Positions 51,201-61,709 of a DNA stretch of 61,709 nucleotides are shown here, piece after piece (position 1 is the first letter of the stretch; each line of letters starts with the position of its first letter). This DNA is from Hydrolagus affinis (lineage: Eukaryota), in the NCBI GenBank assembly GCA_012026655.1, contig JAAILG010001794.1, positions 1-61,709 on the forward strand. Reading direction: 5' to 3'. A program made the position numbers and the translations under genes. The notes under the pieces were generated by a model. That model had not been told where the DNA came from, made no database searches, and worked only from the letters and a program-made list of their open reading frames with translations.

Positions 51201-54200
51201 AACATTCAGAGTTTTCAAAGGGGCTTAAACCCTTCTCTGATCACTTTGGAGTTTGTGACATTTCCACACTGAAATCGATGGATCACAGCAAGGAATCACA
51301 CTGGAGCCTCAATAAATTAAATGAACCATTTCATCATCTGAGTGACAAGAGACACAAACTGGGTGGAGAAGTGCCATTGCTTTTAAAAGGATAACGCAAA
51401 GCCATAGAAAGTGTAGATTCAAAGCAATATCAGGCAAAATTAACGAAGATAAGAGCATCAGTGAAACACTTCAGAAGCTGAAACCTTGGAACTGTGAAAA
51501 CTGTCAAGACTGTGCTGGGTTTCTCACCCACCCCTTTAATCTCATTCCCCATCCTCCTTTACTCTCCAGTCACTTTAATATTCTTCTTGTCAAACGTCAA
51601 CAGCGTGGCTGTCTGTGGAGGTTACCACTGAATATAAAGCGAAACAGACAATTTTTAAAGGTGCAAGATACCAAGCACGTAAGCAAGAAAGCAAGTTAAC
51701 CACACATCCACTTAACCTAAACTGAGCCAGATACCAGCATAGGAATATCAAGTTACACTCACGTGCACAAGAATTCTCTCAAAAGGCAAATTGAAAGTGT
51801 TCATTCAGCAATCTATAGACTATGGTAAGAGATGGAAAAAACATCAGAGAAAGAGATACAGAAACAGAAAATCAGACATGTAGAAATGGATAAAGAAGAG
51901 AATGGTGCAAGGTAGAAATTTAGAGAAAGCAAGAACAAAAGATATATATTGAAAGAAAGAAAAAAGAGAAAGAAATACTAATAATGCTTGCATTTGATAT
52001 AGCGTTTTATCACGCTGTTGAGACGTCTCAAACACTTCACAAAATATACTGCAAAGTGGATTTACAATGTATACTGTTGGTGAAACACAGCAGCCAATTG
52101 TGCAAACTTGTGGATTGAGTGACCAAATCATTTTCATTATTTTAATCAATTTATTATTACCTCTGGTAAAACGATCCATCAATCGACTAACAATCAGGTT
52201 CCTACTTATTGCTAAACTAACAAAATAAACCAATGCTATACATTTTCACCACCAACAACAATAAAATTACATTTATAGAGTGCCTTTCATGTTGGGAGAA
52301 CACCCTGTCCCATCAGAAAAAGCAAGTAAGTAAGTTTGAGTCAGAGAGAGAGAGAGAGAATAGCATTGAGATAGAAGAGTGTGGCTTGCATAATGTAGCA
52401 AAATAATGACAGAATAACTCCTAATGGAAGAATGGTTTGGTTAGCACTACAGCTAATTTGCATTTTGTATGCTGACGAGATAACTTTTTAAATAGTATTT
52501 AAGTAACATTTTAATGCCGAAGTACCCTTACAGTGTGATTTGCCCACAGAACATGGTCAATCCATTTTATAATACATTCTGTGAAGCATTCTGCGACATA
52601 TTGCTAAGAATTAAAATAGAGGAGCACATTTTTCATTTAGCTTTGCAAATATTGCAGTGGGAAGTGAATGAAACACCAGCTGGAACCTTTAAAAGATAGA
52701 CTAGAAATATCAGGACTTTGTAAGAATTTTACATAATTTTTTCGTATCAGTCTTTAGACGCAGACTATGGAGAAAAAAAATGAAATTAGTTATTTTGGCT
52801 CTGCCTCAAGAAATAATAACATATGCAGAAGTCAGTAAATCATCTGTTATGGAGAAAGTCAATAAAATCAATGTCTGCAGGGCACCTGGGCCAGATGGTA
52901 CCTGACTGAAAATAAACAGGTAAGGCCCTGGCTGGTGTATTTAAGCTCTATGATTATGAAAGATGCAACTGAAGACTGAATGATAATTAATGTTACCTTG
53001 GCTTAGTTGGTTACATGCTCACCTCTAAGTTAGAAAATTGTGGGTTCAACTTACATGGTCTCAACTAATACACCAATATATTACTGGGGGAATGCCTGTT
53101 TTGTTAGAGGTGTAAGTGGATGAATACTCTTTGCCTGTTCAGGTGGACATTAAAGAACCCATGGTACCATTCAAAAAGAGAATTTCTTCCGATGTCCTGG
53201 CCCCCCAGACAAAATTGGTCATTCGCTTCAAGGCTGTTTGTGGGATGTCACACTACAAATTGGCTGCTGCATCTACTTACCAAGTACACATTCAGTGCAT
53301 TTGACAATAAAATCCTGTGAATCACTTTGAGATAGCGTCCCAATGTGAAAGGCATTATATCAATTGCAGGAATCACTATTATTATTACTTTGGCTCCATT
53401 CTACTACTTGAAAAGGATTTATTTATTTACTTTTCTATACTAAAGTAAGTCACGTTTGTTGGTGTCACACACTGTCAAGCCAAAGCAGACACTGACTGTC
53501 ATTTCTAATGCAACCAACACACTGCATTATCAGCTCCAGGCATTCCTAAAATCAAACTAATTAGATTTCCATGGAGCATCAGATTCATACAGTTTCCCAT
53601 CAGAATCTAACACAGTCGGCAGGTTCCAATGTGCTTTTGTTTATTCCTCTAAAATAAATCAAATTCGCCCACATATAAACAGTTAATTCACTTTACAGTA
53701 TATTCTGTGAAGCATTTGAGACGTCTAGAAGATGTGAAAAGCGCTGTATCAAATGCAAGGATTATTGCAATTCCAACACTCGGATTGTCATTTTGGAAGG
53801 AATAACTGATGGTGGCAGAAAGAAGTCTTCGCAATCATTTCATGACAGCCTGCAGCATCGCATGGTGGGCACTGATAAACCATAAGCTGATGATTTCACC
53901 TCACGGGGAAAACCAGCATCATATTTCCTTCCCTTTCACCCGTCATTGCGGTGTAAGCCCTCCATTCTGCAATGCGCAGCATTACTGCGTCCTCAGGGCA
54001 ACTGCCATTGTCAGAATAATGTTATTTAACTCTATGCAACTGCCACAAATCTCAAAAATCGGATTATATTTGGAGAGCATCAATTTGATAAACAAGGGCT
54101 GGCCTGTGGGCACAATAATTGCTAAGATGTAGCTTGACTCCAATTTTCAAAGCTGTCCACTCACCAAAATAAGAAAGGGACTCAACACAAATTTATTTGA

Positions 54201-54435
54201 ACAAATAAGCAACTGCAAATTTAGGAATATTCTTTCACCCATTCGATCTCAATCCTTCCAGAATATCATTAACTGTCATCTTAATGCAGTTTGTAGCAGT
54301 TTCAAATCTGCTGTCACCACCACCCTCCATTGTAACCTATTCAACCTGCTTAATAGAACATAATCCTTGCATTTAGTACAGCCCTTAACACATTGTCGAG
54401 TTGTCTCAAAGTGTGTGGCACTGTGTAATGACTGT

Positions 54436-54547
54436 GTATCTGCAGGCAAAACCTAGGTATCTGTAGGCAAAACCCACGTGGGGCCCATATGGGCATGGAA
54501 TCAACCCAATTTGTCCCATATGGGGCCCATATGGGCTTGCTATCTGC
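54436..54547. repeat. Palindrome cluster, probable DNA-transposon subterminal region
   Basis: CCCACGTGGG plus three CCCATATGGG palindromes; tandem gtatctgyaggcaaaacc; ends in tgctatctg. Confidence 0.5.
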
Positions 54548-54975
54548 CACCCTCATATTCACCTGCACAAAACTTTGCTCCCCCATTACCCCAGTCCTTG
54601 CCAGACTTCACTATCCTAGAGAGGATCAACTTCAAGATCCTCACCCTTGTTTTCAAATCCTTCCACTCCTCTGCACCCCCCTACCTCTCTTCGCTCCACT
54701 GGGTCTGGCCTCCTCCATGTCCCCAGAATCCTCCGCTCCACCCTCAGTGGCCGTGCCTTCCTCCACTATGCCCCGAGGCTCTGGAATTCCCTTCCTCACT
54801 ACCTTCGCCTCACCCCCTCTTTTCTCAGGTCCCAGATGAAGACCTTTGTCTTCGACCACGCCTCTGGTCACCTTTCTACCCCTGCCTCAGTCCCGGGATC
54901 CGCTATTGTGAAGCGCTCTGAGACGCCATCCGGCGTGGAGGGCGCTATATAAATCAAAGTTGTTCTCGTTGTTGA
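54548..54975 (+). mobile_element. L2 LINE 3' fragment, second tail subfamily
   Basis: Peptides ERINFKILTLVFKS..APPYLS and GRAFLHYAPRLWNSLP; tail ...ggcgtggagggcgctatataaatc. Confidence 0.85.
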
Positions 54976-57049
54976 TATCTGAGATGCCTTTCCCTGTGGA
55001 TGGGTCAAAGGGGGTGAGGCAATGTACCATCCATCAATATGTATGATCCTTAAGATTCTGAAAGATGAATCTCATTGAATCATTCCAAGAGCATATCACA
55101 TCCCCACTAACGCTTCCGCTTCCTCTCTGCATTCAAAAATCTATTTCAAACCCTATTTCTTCAACTATACATTTGATCACCTTCCCCCTCTTTGAGATGC
55201 CTTCAGTGCTGCTGTTGACACATCATGACCTCATCTTAACCATCCAAAGACAAACTATTTTCTCTCGTCTCTTATCCAGCCTCTGACAGTTTGTCTGTTG
55301 ATTGCAATGTTCACCTGCACCTGTCATCAGTGAACCACTTTCTGACCATGCCTGGGCCATTTCAAAAATGATGTACAATCAGTCAGATCTTCCAAGACAA
55401 TTCTGCAAGATACAGAGTTTGGCAGATTTAAGAAAACCTTGAAGGAAGGGATTGTATATCATTGGTACTTCATCAAGCAGAGTGAGATCTGTTTGAGAAA
55501 AGTTGCATTCTTCCTCCTATGAGCCTAAGGTGCCATTGCAAACATGTTCTAAATTTGGTAATGCACATCCTTGAAATTATGATTGAAATTGTGCTTTCAA
55601 TGGAAAAGGAGATTAGATTACAGGGAAACGTGAGGAAACAGATAGCAGAAGCTTAACAGTGACATTGGAAACAATAGCACTTTGGAACAATAGCACCTGT
55701 GGATATATGACTATCCGGAGCAATTAGTCCCAGGAAATATCTATGGCTCTGATGTTGCCTCATGTCTCCATATGAGGCAAACATAGCCCTTCCTTTCTTT
55801 ACCAGTTGCATTTCTTTTACTTGTGCACCTGACACCAGTATTTGTAAGTTACCAAATGAAGGAGGAGGTGGGAGGGAATCAAGACACTGCAAAGGATTTG
55901 CAGACCAATTCATTTCAATATATAATGCTGTGTCCGGTTGGCTCAATTGGTAACACTCTTGCCTCTGAGAAGGTTGTGGGTTCAAGCCCCACGTTGGGAT
56001 GTGGATCTCACCACCTTCCAAGTTGACAATGCAATAGGGATGTACTGCACTGCTGCATTCACCCACAAAATACACACAGTCTTACATTTTACAGTATATC
56101 CTATAAAGCAACTTTGAGACATCTCAAGGTTGTGACAAGGCATTATATCAAATGTAAGGATTCTTATCTTATTTCTCCTTGTTATTTTCCTTACACTTTC
56201 GTGTCACTACATTCAGGTTTTTAAAAGCAGCAGCATTATTAACAATGAATGGCCTGAAACTGGACCGTGTACATTTCTATAGCCAAAAACATCAAGATGA
56301 ATACTTCATCTCAGTCATGTTTCCTAACATTCTTTCCAATTATTTATTCTTCAACGGTACGGTCATTCCTTTGCAGAAGTTTTACAGCTGAAGGGATTTA
56401 TTCCTGAAATCAAATTATCTCAGGTCGAAAATTATCTCAATACAGTTAATCGTCAATCAAAGCAATGCCTGATCACCATAGCGGCACAAATTATCCAGCA
56501 GCATTTACATTCTGCACTGCAAGTGCTTAAAGTTTAATGTTCCTTGTTGCAGATTTGTGGACAAGCAATTCACAACCTCCAAAAGATCACAACAATACAT
56601 TGTCACAAAGTTGCCTGGAGATGTGTGGATTGAATGTGAAATGTATGCAATTCATGTGGATGCACACAAATAGTACAGCAATAAAATGCACTCAGTCCAC
56701 ATTAGAAAATACTGGATGAATTATGTTAGCACAAAACAAACACATCCCTTAAATCAATAGCGCTACGCCAAGCATATATTGATGGTTTCCATTCTTGTGG
56801 ATGAAATTATTTAATTGTGTGGAAGAGTTAATTCCCAACTGCCCTTTCGTCTGTCTTGACAGCTCCTTCCTCTCCTCTGCTCCCTGACACACATTCACAC
56901 ATGTACAGACATAAACAGACACTCACACACATACGTACTACATACATTCAAAAGAATCCCAGTGCATTTGTATCAGTAGATGTCATGCTGCTTCCACTTG
57001 CAGCGTATTTATTGACTGATGTTAATCATGTATTGTATCAATCCTAGCA

Positions 57050-57345
57050 ATTGATATAATGCTTTCACATCTTCTAGACATCTCAAAGTGCTTCACAGAA
57101 TGTACTGTAAAGTGAATTGAGTATATATTTATAATAATATTAATAATATATTTGTGGGCGAAATGCCGCAGCCAATTTTGCACAGCAATGTCCCATAAAC
57201 AGTTGTGGATTGAAGTGACAACATTTTTATTATTATTTTTACTTGAGCGATTATTATCAGATGTGTGGAGTAAGAAAACTTGCCCAAGGTTTTACCCTGC
57301 TGGGAATCGAACCTAGGTCTCTCAATTGCAAGGCTAGTGAGCACC
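57050..57345 (-). mobile_element. tRNA-derived SINE
   Basis: Same family, with an AT-rich expansion near 57125-57150. Confidence 0.8.
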
Positions 57346-59598
57346 AATATGAGAGAGCAAATATTAATAAACAAATTCAAATCATTTTGGGGGAATCGGT
57401 AAATGGTTGTAATAGAGAGAAATAAGTCTTCCATAAAATCTTGATAACCCGCCAATAGTTAACAAATTGCAACCTTTGTGATGCACAGTACCTTTCATTT
57501 TACTTTCTATTCATGTTTTCTAATTGAAGCCAATCATTCAATGGATATTAGCAGTTTGAACCAACAATGCACACGGATTTTGCAATTTGTGTCAATCGTG
57601 CTCTGAAGAAAGAAAGCGATTCTTTATTCAAAAGCTTTTTTTTTGCAGTTGACGAGTTTTTTTTTAATCATATGAATAGACTGCTTGATACTTGCTTTCG
57701 CTCAAATCCTGGAAATCACAGCAACAATGCACTCAGAAAAATTCAGTACATGGATGAAATATCTTTCATATGATAAAATAGTTTCATCCACAGGGTTGTA
57801 AATGGTCAACATACGCTTGGCGTAATGCTATCAATTGATGGGATGTGTTTGTTTAATAAATGTATGGTAAAATAATTCATCAAGTACAGTATTTTGCAAA
57901 TGTGGAATGAGTGTGTTTTGTCACTATGGTACCTTGTGCGTCCACATGAAATGCGTCCGTTTCACATTCAATCCACATCTTACCAGGTAATTTGCTCTGT
58001 TGTGCAGAGCTTTGCTTCTGTGAAGTGTAGGGACCAGAATAACAAAATGAGGACAAAACCCCCATTGTCCACGGATGTCAACAGAACAAATTGAGAAATG
58101 GAAAATTGTGAACTAATACGATTTACTTTTCAGTAATTACTTAAAATAGCTTCATAATGATTAATATTTCCTCAAGCACATAGAGTTACCGTCTGGCAGT
58201 ATCTATGGCGAGGCGAAAGGGGGAAGGGAGGGAGATATGACACAAACACTAAACTACCTGCACAAACGTCACTGCATCTGTAAGATAAATAACTGTTGCA
58301 TGGGAGCAATTGGCAAGCTACAATGCTATCTCAGGAGGCAGATAACAGGCCAAGACAGACAAGCTATGATCTTGTGATTCATTAGATCATTTGCAATCTT
58401 TGAATGGTAGTGAATAGTGCAAGTTCTTCATTCTCTGCACAGTGACACACAGTTAGCCAACAATCAAAGTGTTGTTTACTGGTTTTGCTAGGTTTCTAAA
58501 GGCGCATAATGCATTTGGTTTTTAGCTCAATTTTCATTTCATTAGATTTCCTGCTCATTGGTTTAAGACTTGCATGCTTCCACTTATTTTGTTCAACTGA
58601 TCAAAAAATAAATTAGCACCTACACAGCACTTCAAAATTCTATCTCCCACTTGTCCACACCCAATTTCAATTTTAAAAAAATAGCATTAGCAGCAACAGC
58701 AACAACAACTTTACACTTATTTAGCTCCCTGTTCGGATTGAGCATATCTCAAAGTGTCTTGCAAAGACTGCAGGCCCGTGCTAGGTTGAAGCTGTATGAA
58801 TGTGGTATGTGTGTCAATGGGAGTTGGAGGTGGGAGGCCAAAGTGCAATCAAAGACATAGATAATCAGGCAGGATTTAAACACAGACCACCAGGAAACCA
58901 CAAGAAGAATAGAAACTGATAGGAGAGAGAGGTGGATGGAGAGAACATATATAAAAACAAGCAAAACAGCAGTGTTTCCTTGGTAACGAGAGACCAACGA
59001 GATCCCCGCACTGCTTCTGCTCATTGATGCCTTCTCACAATCTGCAATTGTCATTCTGGTGCCAGGGAAGCAGCGATGTGCTGTCATGCATGGTGACCTC
59101 AGGTGAGAGACACCAAGGGAAGGAAGAAGACAGACAAAAAAGTGCAAGGCTCCATATCTGAAGCACAAGAAGATAGAAGTGTTGAGAGAGACAACAGAAA
59201 CATTGAAGATTGTGGCAAATTTCACAATAAAATAATGTAAAACAAACTTGAAAAAAAGATATTTAAAGTAAAATCCACTGAAGAATAAGGTTACCAAAAT
59301 AAAAATGAAGTGCTACATATATGGAGAGATGATATTAAAGTGTGCCCGTAACAGTACTGAATTAATCAATATGCACTGCTGAAGTAGAAACAATTATTGA
59401 TTCACCCCAAGTACGTGTGATAACACAGCGACCTCGATCTTCCATTTACTGAACTTCACTGGAACCTCTTACTGAGATCCAGTGACTGAATCAAGTTGAC
59501 CAACAAGATCCTGGTAATCAGACTGGATTGTTAATTTAGAGTTGTCCAATGCTGTGGATAGAACAAAAGCAATGTCTATCTGAATAATGTAATTTTCA

Positions 59599-59873
59599 GT
59601 TACCACTCGATAGTCCGAAGGTTCGTTAGTCCAAAGGTTCATTAGTCCGAAGGTTCATTAGTCTGAAGCTTCCCCTAACCCTAACCCTAATTCTAACCCT
59701 AACCTTTGGACTAATGAACCTTCGGACTATCACACTAAATGTTCGGATTAACAAACCTTATTTAATTTTCGGTTCGGACTATCGAGCGGTAACGCCCCCG
59801 GGTAAAGGAAATTTGTGTGTTCGGACTATCGAACCTTCGGATTAACGAACCTTCGGACTATCAAGCAGACCCC
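59599..59873. mobile_element. Non-autonomous foldback-type DNA transposon with internal telomeric repeats
   Basis: Tandem 16-bp units (gttcrttagtccgaag) at the left, inverted units at the right, (CCCTAA)-like repeats at about 59672-59705, and flanking direct repeat taattttca at 59590-59598 and 59874-59882. Confidence 0.75.
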
Positions 59874-60344
59874 TAATTTTCACACACTAATAGAAATTCC
59901 ATTTAATCTAGATTTAACATCACATATCCGAGCATTTATTTGCACAAGCTGCAAGCAGAAGTTGACAAAATTGCTAAACTAAATTTCACCTCTGAAACCC
60001 GTTTTCTGCTGTTCTTTTAAAAAAAAAGTACAGAAAACTGGCTTCACAATAAATAAACTGTATTTGAGAATGTGGCTAATTCTAGATGCTCTAAAATGCT
60101 TTGTTTATCAGTAAATCTGGATTCAGAATTTCTACCACATACCAGGAGATGGTGCACAGGACATTGGATTTATTTTTTTGCTAAAACATATCTATTTGTC
60201 CTTTTCTTTCTGTGTGGAATACTACAATTGTGTTGACTGCAGTCAACAGCTATTTGCAACAAAAAACTCTTTGTATCTGTCTTGGCTGTTAAGAATTCAA
60301 GGCAGCTTTACAGAGCAGAGAAGTCTTAAATCGTTCCATTCCTT

Positions 60345-61210
60345 GGTACCCCCTATTTCTCTAACCTCCTCTCTCCTCAAAGCGGTATCTGCTGCCTGCG
60401 CTCTACTGGGTACGGCCTTTACCGAATCCTTTGTTCCACCATCGGCGGCTGTGCTGTCAATCACTACTCCCTCCCTCAAGCCCTTCACTTTGCCCCCTCC
60501 TTCCCCATCGTCAGATCTCGCCTGAAGACCTATCTTTTCCACCGCACAGCTACGTTCCCCTCCCCCTGGCTCAGCCTTGGGCTTCACCATTGTTAGGTGC
60601 TTTGAGAAGCCGTCCAGCATGGAGGGTGCTACATAAATGCAAGTTGTTATTATATACATATCTCCTTGAAAACAGTATCCGATTTGGAAAATGTAGAACT
60701 TCGGAGGAATTTTGTTTCACTCTGTTCCACATTATTTGCTACAAATCCTTTCCCCCTCTAATTCCATCCCAAATCAAGACAGCTTTTCTTCACCTCTGTC
60801 ACATTGTTCATCCCCACCGCTATCCTTCACCAAATATGTTTCTAATGCACTCCTCACTGGCATCCCAGATTCCACCATTCATGAGATTCAAACAACCACC
60901 ACTATCTGCAGCCTCACATACACTAAACTACGCCCACCTACGCCCACTTGCCAGATTCCACTGGTTCCCCTTCTTCTGGATTGATTTCAAGATCCTCACC
61001 TTCACTATAAACTCTGCCTCACCCTATCTCTAGTTTTCCAAATTTCCAACTCTTCAGCTCGTCCTGTCTTCCATAACTCTGAGCCACAAAGTCTTTGACA
61101 CTATCCGCTGGAATTCCCTCCCTCTAACCTTCTGTTTTACCCTCTCATTATTTGTCTTTATGTCTTGCCTTGAAGCCTACCTCTTCCCCTCTCCCCTGCT
61201 TGGCATCTGA
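60345..61210 (+). mobile_element. Two decayed L2 3' fragments
   Basis: Peptide LARFHWFPFFWIDFKILTFT; a 3' tail near 60600-60650. Confidence 0.65.
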
Positions 61211-61309
61211 CCCTGATTTTGTAAACAACAACAAATTACATTTGTGTAGCACCTTTCACATGGGGGCACTATAGAATTGTATAGCCCTCAGAGAATTTAC
61301 ATAAATATA

Positions 61310-61709
61310 CGAGGTCTGTCTAAAAAGTAACGGGACTGACATCACAGAAATTTTATTCCAAAAAATATCATGATATCACAGCTTGTCCCCTTCAAAATAG
61401 TTTCCGTCCAGTCTCACACACTTGTCCATCCTCTTCTTCCACGCTTCAATGCACCCCTGGAAGGCTTCTTCTGGAATCCTCCGGAGCTCCGTCGTCACGG
61501 CCCTTCTGATGGCCTCCACATCAGGAAATCGGGTCCCTTTGATCACTCCCGAGCAGGTCTGGATCGTCCTCGAGGCGGTCGATAATGTCTTGACAGACAG
61601 TGACTCTTCGCTGTTTCTGGTCCTCGGACAACAGCTTGGGGACCATCTTTGCGCACACCTTGCGCATTTCGAGAGGACCAGAAACAGCGAAGAGTCACTG
61701 TCTGTCAAG
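61310..61709 (-). mobile_element. Mariner-family transposon, internally deleted and rearranged; runs off the window edge
   Basis: TA followed by TIR-like cgaggtctgtctaaaaagtaacgggact; transposase C-terminus KGTRFPDVEAI...AWKKRMDKCVRLDGNYFEGD; linker region MRKVCAKMVPKLLSEDQKQRRV in another frame. Confidence 0.9.

Noticed and set aside
58749-59297. 182-aa hydrophobic ORF
   Set aside because: Hydrophobicity comes from the antisense of A/G-rich low-complexity DNA; no motif or exon support.
59672-59705. Telomeric repeat as a chromosome end or fusion scar
   Set aside because: Only about five degenerate units, embedded inside a TSD-flanked transposon-like element.
59599-59873. CRISPR-like array of short repeats
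   Set aside because: Units are adjacent or inverted with no unique spacers, there are no cas genes, and the context is eukaryotic.
60431-61033. 200-aa ORF, the longest in the track
   Set aside because: Reads through decayed L2 fragments; not a host gene.
37015-61309. CNTN1 promoter or first exon
   Set aside because: No CpG island or convincing first-exon signal; the CpG-rich patches I could identify are transposon-derived.

Overview
AT-rich vertebrate genomic DNA, most likely from a cartilaginous fish (inferred from the repeat types). It carries the 5' half of a contactin-1 (CNTN1) gene on the minus strand. I traced 12 coding exons by hand between 36931 and 871. All have GT-AG borders and matching phases, and they join into 553 codons covering the signal peptide, Ig1-Ig5 and part of Ig6. 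The rest of the gene lies left of the window. Sequence right of 37014 is probably intron 1; no first exon or promoter was recognised. Almost all ORFs in the supplied track are spurious. Introns contain L2 and CR1 LINE fragments, tRNA-derived SINEs, and DNA-transposon relics. The most unusual items are minimal hammerhead-ribozyme motifs in Penelope-like repeats, a foldback-type MITE with internal telomeric repeats and an 8-9 bp target-site duplication, a deleted fold-back mariner, a uORF ending 2 nt before the CNTN1 ATG, an AG|GTAAGT zero-length-exon motif, and a long Ig4 domain unlike mammalian CNTN1. I found no convincing new multi-gene system. Repeat boundaries are approximate, and family names and comparisons to human genes are from memory, not database searches.
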